Part shown: in pieces, positions 53,200 to 64,000 of the stretch
Layout: every line of letters begins with the position of its first letter
Position numbering within the stretch: position 1 is the first letter of the stretch
NCBI GenBank assembly: GCA_951406725.2
Contig: OX597819.1
Coordinates: forward strand, 26,970,001 to 27,034,000
Source of the DNA: Octopus vulgaris
Lineage: Eukaryota
Reading direction: 5' to 3'
DNA length: 64,000 nt
The notes under the pieces: generated by a model
Database searches by the model: none
What the model was told of the DNA's origin: nothing
Seen by the model: only the letters and a program-made list of their open reading frames with translations
Position numbers and translations under genes: made by a program

Positions 53200-54769
53200 T
53201 TCTCTCTTTCTCTCTTTCTCTCTTTCTTCACGACTCACGACCCACTGTGAGAGGTTTCGTGCGGAGCACACTTAATTCCCTTTCTTCAGAGGAGGAGAAC
53301 GGCTGAACGAGAAGCTATATCAACTTATAATTAAAATGACTAGAACGATAATGGAACCGTCCAAAGACGGATTGATACACAGAACATCACAGAACGAAAA
53401 TAATTCAAACCTTCAAAGATTTTGACCCCTCCACTGGCTTCCATACAACCCAGGCTGAAATTTGTTCCTCATATCTTATAATAAAAATGTTACATAGTAC
53501 AAAGTTAGAAACCCAGTGTAATAACTTTCGTTGCTTCTCGGATACATTACATATCAAGATAATGGTAACGTTTTTTTTTTTTTTTGTTTTTTTGCTATCT
53601 CTCCTTTCAAAGATTCTATGGAACTTCGGCGGGTAAAATTTACTATCAAAAAGGAAACAAATGTAACTGAAGAATAACATTTGGACAAAAAGAGAGAAAA
53701 ATAGATGTTTTTCCTTTGTATCATATATTTTTATGTAAAAGCAAATGTGGTTTGACATCTTTTCAGCTAAAATCTTTGCGTAGGTTTAGAAAAGTTTCTC
53801 TTCGTTTCTGCGTGAAAAAAAAAAAGAAAAATCAGCTTTATTCAAGAAGGGTGTGAGGAAGTTACTAGATTAAATTCTAGCTTAAAAGGATTACAGAAAT
53901 CCCTTGTGAATATGTAAGACAACTGGAAGAGACATGTCGTAAATCAGATTATATAAATGATGAGCAATATTTAGAAGTATTCTTTGAAATGAAACAATGT
54001 GTAAACGACTACATACACATACATGTGTGTATGTGTATGCGAGCATTTAGTCATATGGATGCGTTTAACGTGTGGGTGGCTGCTTTTAATTAGACACACA
54101 CGCCAGCATGGTCGAGTGGTCTCACTTTGCAGCCATAAGGTATTGTGTTCATTCACACAGTGCAGTATATTGGACAAATGTCTTTAAGAATAAGTGTCGG
54201 ATCCACTCAAATTCTTATGAGTGAATTTGGGTCAATAGAAACTACTAAGAAACCCGTCGGGTTGACAATGCCTGTAATCCAGATGGGTCCGTCCATATAG
54301 TGTCAAACCGATTCTTTCTGAGAATTACATTACGGGTACACACCTCTTTGGAATACTCAACAATTTCGCACTCTAATTCAAGCAATGTGCATAAAGTAAG
54401 ACATATTCTGGTGCATATAAATGGGTAAATATACTGGGGATGAGATGTGTTGCGATTGATCTTTAGTTGGTAATTATGAATATCAGTTGACTTGTATTTA
54501 TATATGCATTGCAGATAAGAACCAGTCTAGCGCTGGGGTCAATGTAATCGATTTAACTTCTTCCTCGAAATTGTTGGCCTTGTGCTAATGATAGAAGGAA
54601 TTATTTGATTTTTAACATTTTGAAATACTCTTGATTTACATGGATATAGAAGTAGTTGGTGGTATATTTTTTTTTTATGTACGTAGGCTCCGTTTTTTTT
54701 TTTTTTTAGGATGGGGTTCTTTGCTATTGCTCTTTTTCACACCATCCTTTTTGCTTTCTTTTCCTATAG

Positions 54770-54851
54770 GACCAAACAGAAACTAGTCCTTACGGTATAT
54801 TAAACATCCGGGTTTTTTACAAATATGAAGTCCAGACGTTATTAGTGGAAG
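54770..54851 (+). CDS. BAIAP3: BAIAP3-like exon, start of C2B (DQTETSPYGILNIRVFYKYEVQTLLVE)
   Basis: Acceptor ttttcctatag, donor G|gtaaaa in phase 1. Encodes the first C2 beta-strands. Confidence 0.93.
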
Positions 54852-56965
54852 GTAAAAAAATATTTTTGTTATCTCTTCTAACATTTCGATGATTTATTTT
54901 CCATATACACTATATAAATATCATTGTTTTGCCAAAATGTCACATAAAACATGTTCCAGTAAAACAGATAAGCTTACATATAAACTTGATATTTCTCACG
55001 GAAACTAAATGTGTTTTGTAAGAATTGCAACCAAGATAGAACTTCCTCGAAGATATAAAGAAACCAATGACATAATTATGTCCATCTTGCTCTGTTGTAG
55101 CCTCTCTAGAAATATTAGCCAAATTTCCCTCAGATCACACTAGCTTTCTTAAATACAGAACAAACACAATATAGTTTGGCTGCTGATGGAATAGCATTGA
55201 TTACAATTATTCGCTATCAGACCTGGTCTGAAACAAAACAAGAAAAAACAACCTGTATTGTATGATCTTATGAAATGTGTTCTTTTTGTAAACATAATCA
55301 AAATGATAGGGCAGCTAAGGAATCGAATCGAATCAGTAATTAATGATTGAGATCAAATCGTCTATTTACTGCCTTAAATGCAGTAAAATGTGTTGTCTAC
55401 CCAGTTGACTCTACAGGCAACTGACGTGCAGTTGTTCTTGTTAACTACTGTGCAAGGATTAGCATATTTTATGAAAAAATTAATAAATTTGATATCAGCA
55501 GAAGGCTCTTATATGATTCTTCTTGTTATCCAGATGTCCTTTCTTGGGGAGTGAACTTAATCATTCACGCGGTTTAATGCTATCACTTGGTCATACAGTA
55601 CTTCTAAGTACAGTCCGCTTTATTTCATTCTAACTCGGTCTCCAGTTTGAGAATAACTTCCTGTCTTCCAGTCACATATCTCGGCGGCCGTGAAAATTAT
55701 TAAGAATGCTGTCTTTCTCCAGAGTGAGAAAAGGATGATTTCTCGTGGGTTAGAATGCTGACGAAATTTACCACAGCAGACTTGAACACAGAACAATGAA
55801 GTTTCAAACTACATGCACCGTAGAGATTTAGACTAACTCTAAACAAGTACCATGATACACAGACATATACACTTCATTCTAAATATGGCATTAACACCAG
55901 ACACTGAACGAGTAAACAATCCAGGCAAAGATATCAACAACGAAGATAACAGCAATTCCAAACTCTGAAACAATGAAAACACAATATTAGCTAAGAATAT
56001 TAGCGATATGGAAAAAAAAATAACGGCAAAAATATAGATAAATCAGCGACAAGAAATTAAAAATCCGATATTTTTATAATCAATATGGCTGTTGTACATG
56101 TCGTGACTTAATTTTCTTGAATAAAAAACTTGCTGGTAATTTTTACATAGAAGATTGTTTCTTCACTGTTCTCTTGAATTGTATGCACCTACACTCCAAC
56201 ACAGTAAAAGATTGTACCGGAGAACAAAAGATATAGAATTATGTAATAGAACTCATCACAAAGACAGCATGTTACTGAATTTTTAACAGTTTAAAATTTC
56301 GTTTTGTTGGGTTCCCATTTTCTTTTATGTTGCGACACGTATAGAGGTCTTGGCTCCTAGCATTGTGTTTGAAATCCTCTATTTTATAACATTAAATCCA
56401 TTGGATATTATAGCTGCCTATCAACTACTCTTCATACATAGGAACAGACAGCGAAAAGAAATTGTCTACTGTTGGCTGCCAAAGTAAATCTCAAAATGTT
56501 CGATTTTATATTGTATTCGAAAATTATCCCTATACTATTGTTTTAGGGTCTCATCAACTAGTTCTACAGAGATGAATTACTGAAAAATTTCCACTAATTT
56601 CCAGTATAACGACTATATTCCGTTTACGAATCCTTCTCTTCAATGATGAAATCAGTCAGTTGTATTCACAAGAAAAGGTCAAAAAATATGTATGGTTGAA
56701 ATCTCCCCAAGTTAAATATAAAATGGTTTTAAAAGAGTTGTTTTTTTTTTATTTTCAAACAGAGTGTATACGAAGTTGAATAGAAGTTTGGAAATCGTAC
56801 AATGCAATTTTAATGAAAGTGGTTTTGTTTCATTTTGATTATATTTCGATGTAAAACAGTATCTAAAACAATTTTCATTTATTACCCTTCTCTTTTAGTA
56901 ACACTTTTTACATCCCCTTCCCTACTACAATTTAACGCCTACTCACTCCCCTTTTTTAACGTACA

Positions 56966-57380
56966 TACTCTTTTACTCTCTCTTTTACTAGTTTCAGTCA
57001 TTTAACTGCGGCCATGCTGGAGCACCGCCTTTAATCGAGCAACTCGACCCCGGGACTTATTCTTTTGTAAGCCCAGTACTTATTCTGTCGGTCTCTTTTG
57101 CCGAACCGCTAAGTAACGGGGACATAAACACACTAGCATCGGTTGTCAAGCAATGCTAGGGGGACAAACACAGACACACAAACACACACACGCATATATA
57201 TATATATAGATATATACGACGGGCTTCTCTCAGTTTCCGTCTACCAAATCCACTCACAAGGCTTTGGTCGGCCCGAGGCTATAGTAGAAGATACTTGCCC
57301 AAGGTGCCACGCAGTGGGACTGAACCCGGAACCATGTGGTTGTTAAACAAGCTACTTACCACACAGCCACTCCTACGCCT
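56966..57380 (-). mobile_element. SINE family A
   Basis: Reverse-complement match to the 13836 copy. Confidence 0.88.
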
Positions 57381-57944
57381 ATGTATAATATGTATAATAC
57401 CAATCCGGCCAGCGTAATTTAGTTTGGGCTTTTAGATTGACCTAACTGACAATTTAGTACAGCACCTCGCTATTTAAGCTAACACTTTAAGCATGGGTAA
57501 TACATATGCCGTATTGTTTATTTACTTGTTCACATTTTAGGGTTACTACTGTATTGATGTGATATAAACCCCTTTTTTTGAATTGATATTTAAATAGGGA
57601 AAAATAACATGCATCTATCACCATCTACCGACCGCTTTGAGCCCAATATGCACATAAAAGTTTCCACCACTACAGCCCCCAGTTCCCCAGAGGGCGATAG
57701 TATGCGGTCTAAGAAATACTGATGTAAACGGGCCTTCTCAAATGATACATTGGAACAGTAAAAAAAAGCATTTGCCATCATCATTTCTATGGCAGATTTG
57801 AAAATTTTCGGATTCAATTTGATAGAAATTATCGCAAAACCGACAGTTTGGCGATAATTTCCGAACACAATTTAATTCCAATATTTTCAAGTGTTTCGAC
57901 AGCGATTGATATGTATTCCCCTGTCTTTTTTTTTTTTTTTGTCT

Positions 57945-58508
57945 TTTTTTTTTCAATATATCATCTGAAATGGATCTTTTAGATCGAAATGCAATAAAAT
58001 AGAAACAATAAAACTGTTTTATTAAAATTACAGTGTATAGCTTTTAGACTTCTGTTAAACTTCATGGACACAATCACAATGCTTAAAAAAATATTCTCCA
58101 TAAATCACTCGATCTAATATATATATGTGTGTGTGTGTGTATGTATGTGTGAGAGACAGCGAGAGAAATGAAACTTGGAGAGATATTAAGTAAATTATTT
58201 TGACGGTAAAGTTTGAAGTAGTTAAATCTATAAGTAAAGGTTTCAAATTTTGATACAAGGCCAGCAATTTCGGAAGGAAAAATAAGTCGGTCACATCGAC
58301 CACAGTACTCAGCTGGTACTGGTTTTATTGACCCCGAAAGGGTGAAAGAAAAAAGTCGACTTTGGCAGAATATGAACTCAAAAATGAATTCAGGGTATGA
58401 CCTTTGTAAGCCATACACTGTAATTTTAATAAAACAGCTGTATTGTTTCTATTTCATTACATTTCAATCTAAAAGATCCATTTCAGATGATTCATTGAAA
58501 AAAAAAAA
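57945..58508. repeat. Inverted repeat pair (~100-bp arms) enclosing a SINE fragment; probable old MITE
   Basis: tcatctgaaatggatcttttagat...ttttattaaaattacagtgtat pairs with atacactgtaattttaataaaa...atctaaaagatccatttcagatga. Confidence 0.75.
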
Positions 58509-58524
58509 TTAACTCAGAATATGG

Positions 58525-58925
58525 ACGAAATACCTATTTCTTTACTACCCACAAGGGGCTAAACACAGAGAGGACAAACAAGGATAGACAAACGGATTAA
58601 GATGATTATATTGACCCCATGGCGTAACTGGTACTTATTTAATCGACCCCGAAAAGATGAAAGGCAAAGTCAACCTCGGCGGACTTTGAACTCAGAATGT
58701 AGCGGCAGACGAAATACTTATTTCTTTATTACCCACAAGGAGCTAAACATAGAGTGGACAAACAAGGACAGACATATCGACATCATGGCGTAACTGGTAC
58801 TTATTTAATCGACCCCGAAAGGATGAAAGGCAAAGTCGACCTCGGCGGAATTTGAACGTAACAGCAGACGAAATACGGCTACGCATTTCGCCCGGCGTAC
58901 TAACGCTTCTGCCAGCCCGCCAACT
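58525..58925 (-). mobile_element. SINE family B with duplicated body
   Basis: Reverse-complement match, core present twice. Confidence 0.85.
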
Positions 58926-59351
58926 TAGCTAATTCTATAAATAATAATGTGCAGAATATTGGGTTAAAAATCCCCTTGGATGGGACTTGAATCCATATTT
59001 TCTGTAAACTTTGCCCATGGGTGGAGGAAATTTGAATGGTTGTTTTGTTAGGATGATTAGAACGTCTCTCTTGCTTACAGCAGATGTCGGTTCAAGTTCA
59101 CGGACAGCCTTTTATACCCAATATTCTACACGTTATTTATAGCTTTAGCTACTTCGAGTTCCACCGTTGAAAATAATATGTAACACACACACATAAGCCT
59201 GTCTTCCACCTACTCTATAATGACGTCAAATCTTTTGAACACAATGATTTTTATACTACTTATTAAAGCCAAGTAACACAATCTCCTCGTCATAATCTGC
59301 AACACAATCACGTATTAGTCGGAATAGTGTCCTCATCTTGATTGTTGCTCT

Positions 59352-59397
59352 CACTACGTTTCGGTTGTGTACGCTTCACCCTTCTTCAGGTGTCTTG
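59352..59397 (-). ncRNA. Minimal type I hammerhead motif in a Penelope-like fragment (partly decayed)
   Basis: The minus strand reads CAAGACAC-CUGAAGA-A-GGGUG...CAACC-GAAA-CGUA/GUG, with a minimal ACGU stem III. A related copy at 18662-18692 keeps GAAACGUUGUGUU but has lost the CUGA half. Confidence 0.6.
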
Positions 59398-59981
59398 TAG
59401 TTGACCGTTATTTCTCCTCACAAATCTCGTACTGAACACTCACTCTGCACAGTTTTATCATTATTTTCTTTTAAGTAAACCCTTTCTTTTTCATGATTTC
59501 CTTTTATTCAAACCCGTGTAAGAAGAACATTAGTCTCCTTAGTTTCATCAACCTTACATTTCCCCTCTCATCGGCAGGAAACTGTCAGATACCCAAACTT
59601 TATAATAAAAAACGAATATTCTAACTTTAGAGTAAGGTGTTACTTGCTAAAAGAAATTTTCGACTATTGAACGGAAGTATGCCTTTGAAAGGAAATATGG
59701 AGTGGGTGCACGAAAGGTCGAGCTTAAAGTGTGAAGGAGTTGGGGAATCGCGTGGGGAACGTTGATGTCTGTGTACAGAGATTGCAATTGAGGTGGCGGA
59801 GCAGTAATTTGTAGCTAGACTCATGATCTGCAGAGTATCAGTATTAATGATGCTATCAGTTGCGTTTGATCAACCGTGGAATACGTTAGGACGGTCAAAT
59901 AAATTGACTAGAAATAAGATGTACGTGGATAGAAATGGGATATGGCAGTTCAGCTCATCATACGTGTGCGTACCAACAATC

Positions 59982-60019
<38 letters not shown>

Positions 60020-60027
<8 letters not shown>

Positions 60028-60515
60028 GTCAAAATGTCTGTGTATATGTGTATCTGTATCCTTTATACAAATCCGCAGTTTTTCAAGTAAAAGGCTTGCA
60101 TTTTCTATGGACTTTCAAAACTGTCTGAGGGTGATCATGAAGATCTTTTTCCTCAGTCACCCCAGAAAGCCATTAAAAAAAAATCGATAAACCGACCCCT
60201 TGTGCCCATAAGTTATTTTGCGGCCAAATTCGAGTTTCTCGCTTTCTTCTGCCTCCTTTTTTGTCTGGCTAATGGCATGTGCACAGTCCCGCTAATTTTC
60301 CATGATTATTCCGTTCCAGGTGTGAAAAACCGAAGTCCAAAGAATATTAATTACTCTCATAAAAAGCTCCAGCTAGCTCATAAACAGCAAAAGTGGCCCC
60401 AGGCTGAAATGTGATAAGAAACTTAGCTCTTGCTTTAGTGAGAAAGTTTTACTGCGACCCAGCAACGAACAACAAGCACTAGCACTAGACCCGACAACGC
60501 CGGGTCATAGTGCTA

Positions 60516-60516
<1 letters not shown>
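60020..60516 (+). mobile_element. Helitron-like non-autonomous element
   Basis: Starts tatataaacgtcaaaatgtctgtg (similar to the 5' ends of the other Helitrons) and ends gacccg-acaacgc-cgggtc-atagtgCTAG|T. Sits between (TA)n tracts. Confidence 0.6.
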
Positions 60517-60555
<39 letters not shown>

Positions 60556-61405
60556 CTGTATGCCTATTTTGTGTTAGGCTAATGGAGGAAATAACACGAA
60601 TAGAGAAAGATCATTTATATATATATATATATATAAGGGAGAAGGTCTACATCATTCTGCATTTTTGTTCAAATCGCACACGCAATCGAAATGTTTAATA
60701 TAATGAAACGATGCCGTAATGAACCACAAATTTCTATATATTAAAAGGTACATTGATAGATAGTTGAATTATAGTGAAATAACCTTAGTTAACTAATAGC
60801 TGCGGAAGGCAAATAAGTAATAACTTCTAAGTTCATTTCAATCATGTTTAAATTTAGAAGTACAGATTTGATTAAATAGCAGGATTTCAAAAGAAGTTTT
60901 AAAATCCGTTTTCTGTGTTTAATATATTAGCATATTTTTCAAATATGCCGATTTACACCGTAGAATTTCCACCGGAACCACTAGTAAATATATGAGTAAA
61001 CTGGACCTCGATCACAATTTCCAACCAAGAATTTTGAGTTGTTCAATAAACTAAGAAATCAGGTTCATTAAATTAGCGTGTAAGCGGTTGCGTATTCCAC
61101 TGTCACGAGTACCCTTAATGTAACTTTCAGGCGGAATCGACATAACAGCGTTACAAAGCTGGGCTTTCCAAATTCCAAATACAATTCCTCCGACAGCTTC
61201 TGCCCAATCGGTTTCACTCGCAAAATCTGGCATGACCCGAGGATATGGTAAGTGATACTTACCCAAAATGCTACGCTGTTGGATCGAACCCAGATTCTCG
61301 TGATTGCAAAGGAAAGTTTTTAACCATTCGGCCACACTGCGTATATTTATAAATACACAAATACTAGTAAAACAATTATCATATTTCTTTTTATTTCTAT
61401 TCCAG

Positions 61406-61444
61406 TTATCAGTGGAAAAGATTTAATCCCTCTAGATGCTAATG
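61406..61444 (+). CDS. BAIAP3: BAIAP3-like 39-nt exon, C2B Ca2+-binding loop 1 (VISGKDLIPLDANG)
   Basis: Acceptor ttctattccag, donor G|gtaagt, phase 1/1. DLxPLDANG matches BAIAP3 C2B. The next exon (expected LSDP...) was not found in the window. Confidence 0.93.
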
Positions 61445-64000
61445 GTAAGTTGCTATTTCTTTTTTCTGTTTTTCTTTTTTTTTTTCTTCTTGATTTAATT
61501 CCTTAACAATAATCTATAACTTATTATATTGCTATCTCCCTTATTTCTCATGCTTGGTTTCAGTTATTCATATTATTCAGGTATTCCTTAAGACAAGTTT
61601 AGATCATATTTATTGCGCTCCAGCTGTATGCAAGCCTGATACAACAATTTGAATATCTCCACACAACATTGAATTAATTTTAGCCTACAGAGACACCTTT
61701 ACCTGCATATTAAATTTTAACGGTCCTTCAACACTACAGTAAATTATGCATATTTTTGCAGCTGCTACAACTTGAAATATATACGTAAGCCTGCAGCTTA
61801 GATTAAAGCAATTTTTAACAATTAAGTTCATGCAAACGCATAAGTACATGAAGGTTTGCAATAAAAAATACAAGTGAATACAATAGTTTTATACATATGA
61901 ATTATATACAGGTAATGAGGTTGCTTGACCTGCTAGAAACAGTAACCTGATCTCTCTTCCATTAAACTCAACCACTTTCGTAAAAGAAAGACATATTGAA
62001 TAACATAGATTGCGATCATTTTTCTGAAGATATATACGGGATTGTCACGGCTAGAAGGTTTTTGTTCATAGTTCAACAGCAAAAAATCTACAAACAGCTA
62101 TTTACATCATGCAATGGATATATATGTTCATGCGTCACATGCATACACGTATAGAAAATTCACTTATAGGCCCATGCGAACGTGTATACACATGCGAATA
62201 TATACATATCCAGGCGTTATAACCTACACATACATGTATTCGCATGCACACATATATATGGAAAATAGAAAAAATTTACAAACTTGCAAATAAAAATGTG
62301 ATTTCATACAATGCATACATTATATGCCTATAATGATAATTATGTTAAGCTCACCGACGAAATGAGTGATTACGGAATTTATGTTTACACACATGCACTC
62401 TCTAACATAGGCAATCCCTGACACACATACACACATAGTAATTAAAGCAACAGGTGAATTTATAAATTTTTACGTAGCTTCACACAAACGCGCGCGAGAA
62501 CACACCCACATATCCAACAATATCTTGTTTGATGTATACTAGAATACCACGGCACATCTGTTATGAGATTCATTCGCGAACGACATTTAATCTACTTAAA
62601 GATAGCCATTCCTGAAGCCATTAGTAATCGATTAGCTTTCCCCCCTGCCCTTCCCTTCACACAAATGAACATCCACATATATTAGCATCGTTCCTATTAC
62701 AACCACACACCGCAAACACACATACACGACACCTTATTTACATTAAACTAAAACAATGTTTTATCTCTCACACACACCTGCACATGCATACATGCTTATT
62801 ACATCTATATTACACCTGCTCTAGCGTACATACTCATATATTCTCTCCCCTTTCAGCCTCCCCACAACTCACTCGCACAACTAATTCCTTCAGCACATAC
62901 CTAATATATACTCACCACCCAATACACACTCCTCTGTTACAGGCCACATACCCTTACCCACTTCCGTTTCGCTATTTCCCATATTATTTCGATAATCCAT
63001 ACATTTTTTTCTCGAACTATTTCTTCTCCTTTTCTTCTCTGCCAATCTTGACAAAGGAAAAATTGTCCGAATCGTCGATAGAACTTTATTTCCTTCCTAA
63101 CATAATACATTGAATGTAATCCGTTGTTTTTCGGTTTGCGGACTACTTTTCATAAACTGCTCCTAGACAACCGTGCTGTCACAGGTCAATATTCCGGATT
63201 CCTCAGATTCTGTGATACACTATGAATAGAGAATGTTGAGAGCGTCACGTTTTTGATCCCTTTAACAGTAGGTTTCTCAAGGTGGAGCTAAGCAACAACA
63301 ATCGTATATACATAGTGACAATTTGCTTTTGTACTTGTGCTGATGCACCCACCTTCAATTTAATGCTCTCGCTTGACTGATTCTTGGTGAGCTGTTGTCA
63401 CTTACGTACAGAGGCCCCTTATCGAGCAGACCTATTGTCAAAGGAATTCTACCCATGATCGATATATATCATCCTTTATAACGCTTTAATTTTCTTTTTA
63501 ATTTTTTTAGTCATAGTGTATTTGCAAGCATCCTTACGATTTGAGGGTGATTGAGTAGTTATTTCTAGCAGATGAAATGACTGCAAATTCTCAAAGAGGA
63601 AATGGGAGATATGAGTACAATTAACAATTATTTGTAGTTGGGTTCTTTTTTTGTTTTGTTTTGTTTTTGGTTTTTTTTTTTTGGTATTTTGTTTTTCTTA
63701 TGGCAAATAAGCAATAAAAGCAGAGGCATTATACGATCGCTATATAATCCAAATGAAACAAATACTGACAAAAAATAACTTTGCATCCTCAGCATGAAAA
63801 ACTTTTAGTCGATTGTGATATCTACTTCATACCTAATTGCTTTGTCCTTGTGTCGATCTCTCAAATCCTGATGGAATCATTTCGGAACCGATGTGACTTA
63901 CGCGTATATTAGGCATTTTTAGACCTGGCGTTGCTTATTTTTGGCCAAATCTGACCATAGCTGATTTTTCCCAGAAAGAGAGAGAGAGAGAGATGGAAGG

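Noticed and set aside
53232-53295. Minus-strand CUGAAGA...GUGC-UCC-GCAC-GAAA...GUC
   Set aside because: About 13 unpaired nt separate the core from stem II and stem I is poor; probably chance or heavily rearranged.
61445-64000. Next C2B exon (expected LSDPYV...)
   Set aside because: No acceptor with a matching phase-1 peptide was found; it presumably lies beyond the window.

Overview
AT-rich, microsatellite-dense animal genomic DNA. The SINE and repeat make-up suggests an octopod cephalopod (inference). Almost the whole window is the internal part of one + strand gene, a BAIAP3/Munc13-4 (UNC13D)-family protein. I traced 13 GT-AG exons (7766-61444) that splice in a consistent phase into about 437 aa, covering the MUN domain and the start of the C2B domain. 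The gene's start and end lie outside the window. Nearly all ORFs in the supplied track are microsatellite or repeat artefacts. The introns hold at least four tRNA-derived SINE families, non-autonomous Helitrons (one a head-to-tail dimer), a Helentron-like element, two related long-TIR MITEs (one filled with telomeric CCCTAA repeats), and Tc1, mariner, R4/Dong-like and CR1/L2-like remnants. The most notable signal is a set of type I hammerhead ribozyme motifs from several unrelated sequence families. One is fully canonical (19107-19201, minus strand), one is near-canonical and sense to the pre-mRNA (35964-36013), and several are decayed. They sit in short inserts, mostly within or beside (TA)n tracts, and some are associated with 300-600 bp fold-back hairpins, consistent with Penelope-like or retrozyme-like elements. 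A 221-bp GC-rich insert with a 7-bp target-site duplication is also unexplained.
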